Positions 18,274-27,526 of a stretch of DNA of 64,000 nucleotides are shown piece by piece. The DNA comes from Selenomonadaceae bacterium (GTDB lineage: Bacteria > Vulcanimicrobiota > Xenobia > Xenobiales > JADMJV01). Positions within the stretch are counted from its first letter, which is position 1. Each line of letters begins with the position of its first letter. The stretch spans positions 887 to 64,886 of the forward strand of contig JBBCJA010000018.1 of the NCBI GenBank assembly GCA_037189585.1, written 5' to 3'. The position numbers were made by a program, and so were the translations under genes. The notes beneath the pieces were generated by a model. It did no database searches and had not been told where the DNA came from. It saw only the letters and a list, made by a program, of their open reading frames with translations.

Positions 18274-19590
18274 ATGAGTTCGAAGGCTTGGCCCTTCATG
18301 AGCGCCCACGACCCAGGCCATTCCACAGTAAGGACAGACCCTGGCGTCCATGCTCAGGGACGCCAGTGGTTAAGAAGTGGCTTCGACCTCCTCATTGAGG
18401 GCCCCAGCGACGCGCCGGCCCGACGTGTACCGTTGTGCTACAGCCACATGACGATCGGCAGCCAGGACGGACCGAAGCGCAACGATATCACTCTCGACGA
18501 TCCCGGTTTGGCCAACCGTCAAGCCATCCTCAAACTTATCTCTTCCAACCTCTTCTTCAACAATCTTAATCCCCGCTTTGAGGTGATGGTCAACGGCACA
18601 GCCTGCGCCTTTTGCCAACTCCAACCGGGAGATCGGTTGACCCTGGGCAACCACACTATCACTATTCTCAAGCTTTCCAAGGCGGTCGCCTTTCTGGAGG
18701 GCTACACCGATCCTCATCGGCGACAACACTGGACACTGGGAGATTCCCGCATTCTTCTCGGGCGCCCGGGGAAAAGAAGAAACCAGGTGGAGCTCAACGA
18801 CCCGACCGTCAGTCGAGAGCATGCCACCCTCGTTTATAGCGAAGGTCATTTCGTCATCCAGCCCGACTCATCCCATCCCGTCTGGGTTAACACCGAGATG
18901 GTCAAAGCCATGCAGGTTCTCAATGACGAGGATCTCATTCAGATCGGCCAGCAACTCTTGCGCTTTCGCACTTACAGCGCTCAAAGTCGCCCGCGAGCGC
19001 TGCTGCCCAGCCAGGCCACCATCCTCTTTTCCGATATATGGAACTACACCGCCATGGCGGAGAGTCGTCCACTGGAGGAATCGATCGGGCAACTCAACGA
19101 GGTCTACAAGAAACTGGGTCGCGTGATCATCGAACATCAAGGTTTACTCATGACCTACCTGGGAGACGCCATGATGGCGGTATTCGGCGCCGAGGAAGAT
19201 GCCGGCTCGAGCGATCCCCAGGTGCACGCTGAACTCGCCGTCAAAGCGGGACTGGGAATGTTGGAGGCTCTCCAACAACTCAACGAAGATTGGCTCCGCC
19301 GCGGAATGCCGCGGCTCGATCTAGGGATCGGAATCGCCACCGGCGAGGTGATGATGGGCGACGTCGGAGTCACCGGACACCGCGAGTTCGCCGCTATGGG
19401 CGACACCACCAACGTGGCTTCCCGAATCGAGAAAATGACCCGCGAAAACGGAATTCACCTTCTGATCAACGAGGAAACCGCGCGTCGGGTCAAGCACGCT
19501 TTCGAACTCGTCGAACTGGGTACTGTGGAAGTTCGGGGGCGAAGAAAACCGGTCGACCTGTACCAAGTGGTCGGACCTAAAGAGTTGTAG
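18274..19590 (+). CDS. Class III adenylate/guanylate cyclase with two N-terminal FHA domains
   Basis: FHA signatures (TIGSQDGPKRNDITLDDPGLANRQAIL; LLGRPGKRRNQVELNDPTVSREHATL). Cyclase motifs (ILFSDIWNYTAM, GIATGEVMMGDVG, DTTNVASRIE). Start uncertain (18274/18298). Confidence 0.8.
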   Translation: MSSKAWPFMSAHDPGHSTVRTDPGVHAQGRQWLRSGFDLLIEGPSDAPARRVPLCYSHMTIGSQDGPKRNDITLDDPGLANRQAILKLISSNLFFNNLNPRFEVMVNGTACAFCQLQPGDRLTLGNHTITILKLSKAVAFLEGYTDPHRRQHWTLGDSRILLGRPGKRRNQVELNDPTVSREHATLVYSEGHFVIQPDSSHPVWVNTEMVKAMQVLNDEDLIQIGQQLLRFRTYSAQSRPRALLPSQATILFSDIWNYTAMAESRPLEESIGQLNEVYKKLGRVIIEHQGLLMTYLGDAMMAVFGAEEDAGSSDPQVHAELAVKAGLGMLEALQQLNEDWLRRGMPRLDLGIGIATGEVMMGDVGVTGHREFAAMGDTTNVASRIEKMTRENGIHLLINEETARRVKHAFELVELGTVEVRGRRKPVDLYQVVGPKEL

Positions 19591-19908
19591 ATGAAAGAGC
19601 GATTGAAAGAAAAATGGGGGATCACAACGGAGGCCCAGTTCTGGGTGATCATGCTGATCTTCTCGCTGGCCGGCTCCAGCACGGTTTGGGTGCGCAAGCC
19701 CGTCTTCGCTCTGGTGGGAGTCGGACCTCAAACTCCCTTTATCCTGAAGTTTCTACTCTGGCTCGCCGTCATTTTTCCCGCCTACCAAGTCATGCTGATG
19801 CTCTGGGGTACCCTATTGGGACAGTTCCGCTTCGTCTGGTGGTTCGAAAAGAAGATGTTACGCCGCTTCGGCCTTTTTCGTAACGAGCCGCCTCAAGAAC
19901 GTCCTTAG
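19591..19908 (+). CDS. Small membrane protein, translationally coupled to the cyclase
   Basis: ATG abuts the cyclase stop. Two or three TM helices. Confidence 0.45.
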   Translation: MKERLKEKWGITTEAQFWVIMLIFSLAGSSTVWVRKPVFALVGVGPQTPFILKFLLWLAVIFPAYQVMLMLWGTLLGQFRFVWWFEKKMLRRFGLFRNEPPQERP

Positions 19909-20002
19909 TGGGACTCGGCGCACTAAGACCCGTCTAGAAACAATCTGGCGCATCTTATTCCCAGACAGGCCCTAAGTTATCTCGCTAGGAGCCCTTGGAC
20001 GC

Positions 20003-20608
20003 TTGCCGAAGCCCCCGGACGTGCGGCGAGTTCGAAGGGCGAGAATCTTACTATTTCTGCTACTGGGCACGGGAATCTGTGCCGCAGCGGGATTCGCCTA
20101 TCAGATCTGGCCCAGCCCACGAGAGGCGCTGATCGTCAAGGGAGCTCGAAGCTGCCTGGGCGACATCTACGACTCGGACTACTTCGAGGGAGGGCCTCCT
20201 CCGCGGGGGCGTGGAGCCTGCACCGACGTGGTCTACTGGGCTTATCTACCAACCCTTGACCTTCAATCAGCCGTGGACGAGGACCGCAGGGGGTTGCCCG
20301 AGGCGGCTCGGCTCAAGATCGATCGGAACATCGACTATCGATGGTGCCCGACCTTAATCGGATACTTCCAGCGCCACGCTCTCAGCCTACCCACCGAGGT
20401 CACTTGGCGAACGGTTCTGACCTTTCGCCCGGGCGACGTGATCTTCTACGACGACCACCGAGGGGCGGTCGGACACGTCGGTATCGTCTCAAGCCGATGG
20501 TCTTTTGACGGAAAGCCGCTCCTGATTCACAATCCCGGGCCTCGTGCCGTCGAGGAAAATGCTCTAACTTCGAACAGAATCGTAGGTCACTTCCGACTCA
20601 GAGATTAG
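20003..20608 (+). CDS. Secreted/anchored hypothetical protein (possibly DUF1287-like); non-ATG start
   Basis: N-terminal TM. Conserved C/H residues. Terminator follows. Confidence 0.35.
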   Translation: MPKPPDVRRVRRARILLFLLLGTGICAAAGFAYQIWPSPREALIVKGARSCLGDIYDSDYFEGGPPPRGRGACTDVVYWAYLPTLDLQSAVDEDRRGLPEAARLKIDRNIDYRWCPTLIGYFQRHALSLPTEVTWRTVLTFRPGDVIFYDDHRGAVGHVGIVSSRWSFDGKPLLIHNPGPRAVEENALTSNRIVGHFRLRD

Positions 20609-20611
20609 CCC

Positions 20612-20640
20612 GAGGTCAACCCGGGGTTGACTTTTATGAA
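20612..20640 (+). terminator. Rho-independent terminator
   Basis: GGTCAACCCCGGGGTTGAC perfect hairpin followed by TTTT. Confidence 0.6.
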
Positions 20641-21215
20641 AATTTCCTGAACAGACTTGACAGTTCTTCTCCAAGTCCGTACATTGGACAACGTAGAGTA
20701 ATACCCAGTAGGAAAGTGTAGTCCACCGAAAACGGTTTCACGCCATGTTGAACGCAACGTCACATAATCCGATGCCAAGCCAAGGCTTTCGCTCCGTCCT
20801 TACCGACGGCGGCGTGTCGTCGCTCGGCCACGGCAGGGGACGGAAACTCGGAGGTCGCGCTACCGGCTAGTTCAAAGCAGATAATGCTAAGACGAGCGGT
20901 AGCGCTCATCTCCGAAACAACGTCGGAGGTGGGCGTTTTTCTTTCTCCTCACAACTATCACACCCATGACCTATCGCTCAAATAACGTTCCTACCACGAA
21001 CGAGCAACAGAATAGCTTAGGGCACTCACCCCTCAAGGTCGTGGGGGTGTCCTCCGGGCGAACCTAAAATCGCCAAGTTCTAAGCTCTCGTTCGCGGCCC
21101 GGAGGCCCATGTAATTCGGCCTGGCTGGGGGTGTCCAGGGTCCTCTCCTGGACACCCTCCTAGCCCTCTTATGCCTGGAGTAATACCAATTATGAACTAT
21201 GGACATAGACTTCAT

Positions 21216-21351
21216 GAAGCGGCGGTCTCGCTAGGAGATTCCGGAGGCCTCGCTGGCTGTCGAAGAGCGCTCCCGCTCCGTTAAGGGTGGGCTCTTCGAG
21301 AGCCAACCCGCCTGACCGGAGGTACGGGTGCAAATCCCGTCCGCTTCACCA
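21216..21351 (+). ncRNA. tRNA-like structured RNA element A (candidate Y-RNA-like / tRNA mimic) with encoded CCA
   Basis: 7-bp acceptor GAAGCGG/CCGCTTC, then A-CCA. D-arm-like GTCTC-GCTAGG-GAGAT. T-arm ACGGG-TGCAAAT-CCCGT. The anticodon arm is replaced by a ~23-bp imperfect helix (GGCTGTCGAAGAGC/GCTCTTCGAGAGCC closed by TCCGG-AGGC/GCCT-CCGGA). Confidence 0.45.
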
Positions 21352-21382
21352 TCTCATCTGAGTTCTTTCAAGGAGAAAACTC

Positions 21383-21583
21383 ATGTTGCATCTACGATTC
21401 GAAGGTCGCTCTTACGATATCCCGTCAGAGCAACTACATCTGTCCCAGGCCATCACCGACCACCAGATCCTCGATCGGGTGGCCCGTCACCTCGACGTCG
21501 CGCCGGAGCGACTGCGCCACTACGTGGTCGACCGGCGTCCGAGCGGTGTGGTGATGGTTCGACCCGAGGCCGTCTACGGCTAA
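21383..21583 (+). CDS. 66-aa protein ending in Gly (candidate beta-grasp/Ubl-like?)
   Basis: Strong RBS AGGAGaaaactcATG. ThiS-sized (66 aa). C-terminal ...VYG*. Confidence 0.4.
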   Translation: MLHLRFEGRSYDIPSEQLHLSQAITDHQILDRVARHLDVAPERLRHYVVDRRPSGVVMVRPEAVYG

Positions 21584-21625
21584 ATCGCCCTAAAAATTTG
21601 GTTCGTCTCGAACGCGACCCAACCT

Positions 21626-21715
21626 GAAAAGCTTACATACTAGCTCATCGGTAGAGCGCTCCACACCTAACGGAACGGTTGCGGGTTCGATTCCCGCGTG
21701 TAATCAAAGCTTTTC
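21626..21715 (+). ncRNA. tRNA-like structured RNA element B (candidate Y-RNA-like) closed by a long terminal stem
   Basis: Canonical D-arm TAGCTCATCGGTAGAGC and T-arm GCGGG-TTCGATT-CCCGC. Degenerate anticodon arm. Ends pair as AAAAGCTT-ACAT / GTGT-(AATC)-AAGCTTTT. Confidence 0.4.
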
Positions 21716-21802
21716 TAACTCGCGCGTTCGAAACGAATCTCTAAAGTTGTTGGTCGTCGCGACCTCATCGTGAGAACTTACACACGGATTCCATCCACTT
21801 GA

Positions 21803-23341
<1,539 letters not shown>

Positions 23342-23342
23342 A

Positions 23343-23380
23343 CTTCAGTGGCGCTCGAGCCGTCTCGGGCGCCACTGAAG
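23343..23380 (+). promoter_or_regulatory. Perfect 12-bp inverted repeat hairpin immediately after the rsr-like stop (intra-operon attenuator/processing site?)
   Basis: CTTCAGTGGCGC-(14 nt)-GCGCCACTGAAG starting 2 nt after TAA. No T-run. Confidence 0.5.
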
Positions 23381-23428
23381 TCGGGTTCCGCGGAGCACTC
23401 TGACCTACCGCACGAAAGGAGCCCGAAA

Positions 23429-24256
23429 GTGCTCAATCTCATCCACAAGATAGCTCGGACTGAAGAAGCTCTCGGCAAGGATCTGATCCTGGCCCCGCAC
23501 CCCCTGGGCGGCAAGGTCCGCGTTCGGATCGACGGTCTGCTTCACGAGTTCGTCTCCGACCCGGCCGACTTCGAGGGTTGGGGTCTTTTCACCGCCGCCT
23601 CCGACCGTGATGCCAGAGTGAAAGAGGTGGCGAGCCTGTCCCAGATCTCGAACTACCTCGAGCGCTTGCCCGCCACCCGGATGGTCCTGGTCAGTCCGCG
23701 GAAGGGCAAGTGCTGGAAGGCCCTACCCGCCAACCGTGACGAGTTCGCTCGTCGCTTTCGGCGAAGCGGTCCGCAGGCGCTGCACCTCGTCGAGCGAGGC
23801 CGCGCCTTCGAGACGGTCATCGCGCGCTTTGACGGAGCCAACTTCTGGTACGACAAGGTCGATCGAAAGACCGACCCTACCCTTCCCAACAAGCTGGGCC
23901 GAGCGCTGCGAGCCTTCACCCCGGCCGAGGAGGTTCGCCTGCCGGGCCTGACCCCGGAGATGCGGGACGTGTATCGTCAGATCCACGACCCCAGCTCTCC
24001 CCAGGCCGTGGCCCGCTGCTCCGAAGCACGCCTGCGACGCGCCTTGGAGCAGGGCGGCGGCTTCCTGGAGTCGTTCACCGATTGTGGCGACTTTTGGAAC
24101 ACCCGCTGGACCACCGGCGATGGCGAGACTCACGTGTCGGCCATTGCCAAAAACGACCTGACCGTGGTCAGCGCTGGTATCTGTCTGTCCGGCGAGGACC
24201 AGAAGTTCGATCTGGCCTCTTTGGTGGGCGTGGTCGAAAGACAAGAGGAGTGGTGA
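23429..24256 (+). CDS. Hypothetical protein (275 aa), middle gene of the operon; GTG start with AAAGGAG RBS
   Basis: The ORF-table start at 23348 lies inside the hairpin, so it is trimmed to GTG 23429. No recognisable domain. Confidence 0.45.
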   Translation: MLNLIHKIARTEEALGKDLILAPHPLGGKVRVRIDGLLHEFVSDPADFEGWGLFTAASDRDARVKEVASLSQISNYLERLPATRMVLVSPRKGKCWKALPANRDEFARRFRRSGPQALHLVERGRAFETVIARFDGANFWYDKVDRKTDPTLPNKLGRALRAFTPAEEVRLPGLTPEMRDVYRQIHDPSSPQAVARCSEARLRRALEQGGGFLESFTDCGDFWNTRWTTGDGETHVSAIAKNDLTVVSAGICLSGEDQKFDLASLVGVVERQEEW

Positions 24257-24260
24257 CGCC

Positions 24261-24896
24261 ATGACGTCGACCTATCACGAAGAGCTGTATCGAACTTCGC
24301 AAGCCATGGCGCGCCTGCGCGACACCCGGGTGACCGTGTGTGGCGCGGGCGCTCTGGGTGCCAACCTGGTGGAGAGCCTGGCCCGCACGGGCTTCGCGCG
24401 ACTGAAGGTCATCGACCGCGACCGGGTGGAGGAGCGCAACCTTTCCACCCAGCCGTACCAGATGGACGACGTGGGCGGACACAAGGCTCTGGTCTTGTCT
24501 CATCTGGTCTATCGCGCGGTCGGCCTCGAGATGGAAGCGGCGCGCGCCGAATTGAACGGTCGTAACGTGGCCAAGCTGCTGGCCGGAGGCGACTGGCTGG
24601 TGGACTGCTTCGACAACAGCGCGGCCCGCGCCGCCGTCTCGGCCTATGCCCGTAGCACCGGCACACCGTGCCTGCACTCAGGACTTGCCAATGGCTACGC
24701 CGAGGTCATGTGGGACGAGGTCTACCGGGTTCCGGGTCCGGCCCAGGACGACGTCTGCGACTATCCTCTGGCCCGCAACCTGGTCACCCTGGCGGTCGCC
24801 GTCACCGCGGAGACTCTCATCACCGCCATCTTGACTGGGGAGCGGCGCAATCAGACCGTCACCCTGGCCGACCTCGACATTCAGCCCTACCAGTAA
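24261..24896 (+). CDS. ThiF/MoeB-family E1-like adenylyltransferase (minimal, no CxxC)
   Basis: Rossmann VCGAGALGANLVESLARTGFARLKVIDRDRVEERNLSTQ. DCFDNSAAR motif. TPCLHSG region. Confidence 0.75.
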   Translation: MTSTYHEELYRTSQAMARLRDTRVTVCGAGALGANLVESLARTGFARLKVIDRDRVEERNLSTQPYQMDDVGGHKALVLSHLVYRAVGLEMEAARAELNGRNVAKLLAGGDWLVDCFDNSAARAAVSAYARSTGTPCLHSGLANGYAEVMWDEVYRVPGPAQDDVCDYPLARNLVTLAVAVTAETLITAILTGERRNQTVTLADLDIQPYQ

Positions 24897-24964
24897 GCGC
24901 CGGGACGAAAAGTTTCTCCGAAGAGGGAGAACCACATTCCGCCTATGTATGTTATAACCTAGGC

Positions 24965-27511
24965 ATGACATCGACCTCCCCCTTTGGCGAGATCCTCGCC
25001 CCGGCCGGCGACCAGGCCTCTTTGGAAGCAGCTCTGGCCGCTGGTGCCGATGCCGTCTACTTTGGCTTAGACGAGGGTTTCAACGCCCGGGCGCGCGCCT
25101 CCAACTTTCGTATGGAGCGCCTGCCCGAGGTGGTGGCGATGATCCATCGCGCGGGGGCGCGCGCCTATCTAGCCTTGAACACGCTGGTCTTCGAGGAAGA
25201 GCTACCCAAGCTCGAGCCCATTCTGCGCGGTGTGGCCAAGGCCGGGGTGGAGGCCTTGATCGTGCAAGATCCCGCCTTGTGCCTCTTAGCCAAAGCTATC
25301 TGCCCCGAGCTCGAGCTTCACGCCAGCACCCAGATGACCGTCTCCAGCCCCGAGGGAGCAGCCTTCGCCGAGGAGCTCGGAGTCACGCGGGTGGTCGTGC
25401 CGCGCGAACTCTCGATCAACGAGATCCGCACCTTTCGGCAGGGCACCGAGCTGGAACTCGAGACCTTCATCATGGGCGCGCTCTGCGTCTCCTGGAGCGG
25501 TCAGTGCCTCTCCAGCGAAGCCTGGGGCGGACGCTCGGCCAACCGGGGTAAGTGCGCCCAAGCCTGTCGCCTACCCTATGAACTGGTGGTCGACGGAGAG
25601 ATTCGCCCTCTAGGAGATGTCAGTTACCTCCTGAGTCCCCAGGACCTGGCCGGCTTTCGCGCCGTCGAGGACCTGCTTGAGATTGGGGTCCACACCCTCA
25701 AGATCGAGGGGCGACAGAAAGGTCCCGACTACGTCCACCACGCGGTCAGCTCTATGCGACGCTGGGTCGACTCGGTCAAGGAGCATCGTCAGGACCCCAA
25801 GCGCCTGTCCGAGGACCTGCGCGATCTGACCATCGTCTATTCGCGCGGCTTCGGAGACGGATTCTTAGCCGGAAGCGATCACCAGACCTTAGTCGACGGA
25901 CGCACCCCTCGCCACCGCGGACTGTTCCTGGGCACCGTGGTCGACGTGGTCAAGAACAAGGTCATCGTGGACCCCACGCCCCTTCCCGTGCCCCAATCTC
26001 CCGGCACGGTCTCCTCTCCCCTCCCTCCTCTAGGCGGTGTCGGCGAGGCGGCTTCCGGCGTGCCTCCGGCTCCCTTAAAGCCCGAGGCCGGGATGGGCGT
26101 GGTCTTTTCCCAGGGCGATGAGCAAGAGCACGAGCAAGGTGGACCGATCTTTCGCGTCGACCAAAGCCTGGGCGACTGGGCTCTCACCTTCGGGCGTCCA
26201 GGACCGGACCTGCGCAAAGTGCGCAAAGGCGCCCGAGTCTATGTGACCAGCGACCCCAAGCTTGTGGTTAAAAGAATGGAGACGCCTCACTGCCGCATCC
26301 CCCTGCGCCTGGAGGTTCAAGGCAAGGAAGGCGAGCTACTCACCGTACGGGCCAACGCTCAAGGCTTCGAGGCCGAATCGGAAAGCGCGGTCGCTCTGCA
26401 GCCATCGCAAAATCGCGAATTGACCCGCGAGATCTTGACCGAAAACTTAGGGGCCCTGGGCGGAACCCCGTTTCACCTGGTTGAGATAGAGCTCGATCTT
26501 CAACCCGGTCTTTTTCTCCCTTTAGCCAACCTGCGCGAAATCCGGCGCGACATCGTGGAGCAGCTCGAGCCCTGGATCCTCGAGGGAAGCGGGCGTCGGG
26601 TGCGTAGCGCCGGCCAGCTGGAGAGCCTACGCCGGCCGACCGAACCCCGACCCTCCGACACCAAGCCCACCCTGGTCGCCTTGTGTCGCACGATGGAGCA
26701 GCTGGAGGCGGCGATCTCAAGCGGCCTGGAAGAGGTCGAGCTCGACTGGATGGAGCTCGTCGCGTTAAACGCCGCCGTCGATCGAGCGCGCGAAGCCGGT
26801 TTAAAGGTCGGACTTGCCACCGTCCGTATTCAAAAGCCGGGCGAGCAGGTTTACGACAGGCGTCTGGAGCGTTTGAAGCCCGACTCGGTCCTGCTGCGGC
26901 ACTGGGGCGGGGTCATGCACTTTCGAGAGCTCCAAGACCGGCCAGTTCTGCATGGCGACTTTTCCCTCAACGTCACCAACTCTTTGACCGCCAACCACCT
27001 ACTACGCATGGGCTTGGAAACCGTCACCGCCTCCCACGACCTGGACAAGAACCAGTTGATGGCGCTCTTGAAAGCCGTCGACCCCGCGCGAGTGGCAGTG
27101 ACCGTGCATCATCACATTCCCACTTTTCACACCGAGCACTGCGTCTACTCTCATCTGTTGAGCCAGGGACGCGACTTCCGCAGCTGCGGCCGTCCCTGCG
27201 AAGCCCACCAGGTCTCGCTCAAAGACCGGGTCGGGCTAGAGCACCCGGTGATCGTAGACGTGGGATGTCGCAACACAGTCTTCAACGCTCTAGCTCAGAG
27301 CGGCGCGTTTCTGATGTCCGATCTGGTCCAACTGGGAGTGCGCAGGTTCCGCCTCGAGTTCGTGCGAGAAAGCCGAGAGGAAACACAACGCGTGCTGCGA
27401 GGGTACGGCGAGCTTCTGCGCGGGCAGATCTCGATCGCCGAACTGATCTCTCGCCTTCAGGTGATCGAACAGTTCGGCGTGACCCGAGGAACCATGCAGC
27501 TCTTGGGTTAA
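24965..27511 (+). CDS. Peptidase U32 family protein (RlhA/YdcP-like) with long C-terminal extension
   Basis: U32 signature region (TFIMGALCVSWSGQCL...KIEGRQKGPDYV). Start at MTSTSPF. The ORF-table N-extension is rejected. Confidence 0.7.
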   Translation: MTSTSPFGEILAPAGDQASLEAALAAGADAVYFGLDEGFNARARASNFRMERLPEVVAMIHRAGARAYLALNTLVFEEELPKLEPILRGVAKAGVEALIVQDPALCLLAKAICPELELHASTQMTVSSPEGAAFAEELGVTRVVVPRELSINEIRTFRQGTELELETFIMGALCVSWSGQCLSSEAWGGRSANRGKCAQACRLPYELVVDGEIRPLGDVSYLLSPQDLAGFRAVEDLLEIGVHTLKIEGRQKGPDYVHHAVSSMRRWVDSVKEHRQDPKRLSEDLRDLTIVYSRGFGDGFLAGSDHQTLVDGRTPRHRGLFLGTVVDVVKNKVIVDPTPLPVPQSPGTVSSPLPPLGGVGEAASGVPPAPLKPEAGMGVVFSQGDEQEHEQGGPIFRVDQSLGDWALTFGRPGPDLRKVRKGARVYVTSDPKLVVKRMETPHCRIPLRLEVQGKEGELLTVRANAQGFEAESESAVALQPSQNRELTREILTENLGALGGTPFHLVEIELDLQPGLFLPLANLREIRRDIVEQLEPWILEGSGRRVRSAGQLESLRRPTEPRPSDTKPTLVALCRTMEQLEAAISSGLEEVELDWMELVALNAAVDRAREAGLKVGLATVRIQKPGEQVYDRRLERLKPDSVLLRHWGGVMHFRELQDRPVLHGDFSLNVTNSLTANHLLRMGLETVTASHDLDKNQLMALLKAVDPARVAVTVHHHIPTFHTEHCVYSHLLSQGRDFRSCGRPCEAHQVSLKDRVGLEHPVIVDVGCRNTVFNALAQSGAFLMSDLVQLGVRRFRLEFVRESREETQRVLRGYGELLRGQISIAELISRLQVIEQFGVTRGTMQLLG

Positions 27512-27526
27512 AGTCCACTGGGCGCA

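Noticed and set aside
19909-20002. CTTAGTG...CACTAAG inverted repeat after 19908 as a terminator
   Set aside because: No downstream U-run. Weak.
20641-21215. RNase P RNA / SRP RNA / 6S in the ORF-free region
   Set aside because: Hallmark motifs (GGAAAGUCCGG, AGGGUGAAA, ACAGAACCCGGCUUA; SRP AGGAAGCAGC) not found by eye.
21216-21351. tmRNA (ssrA) interpretation of element A, because of T-arm plus encoded CCA
   Set aside because: Only 136 nt between the paired acceptor strands. No tag-peptide ORF or pseudoknots. No 5' partner further upstream.
23348-23428. Upstream start (23348) of the operon's middle gene
   Set aside because: Lies inside the perfect hairpin after the rsr-like stop. GTG 23429 has an AAAGGAG RBS.
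23429-24256. E2/UBC-like assignment for the middle protein based on an HPLGG segment
   Set aside because: No Cys at the expected spacing after the HPx motif. Not supportable from sequence alone.
24668-24964. Long N-terminal extension of the U32 peptidase ORF (start at 24668)
   Set aside because: Extension is Arg/Gly/Pro-rich GC-frame artefact overlapping the ThiF gene. The conserved U32 N-terminus starts at MTSTSPF (24965).
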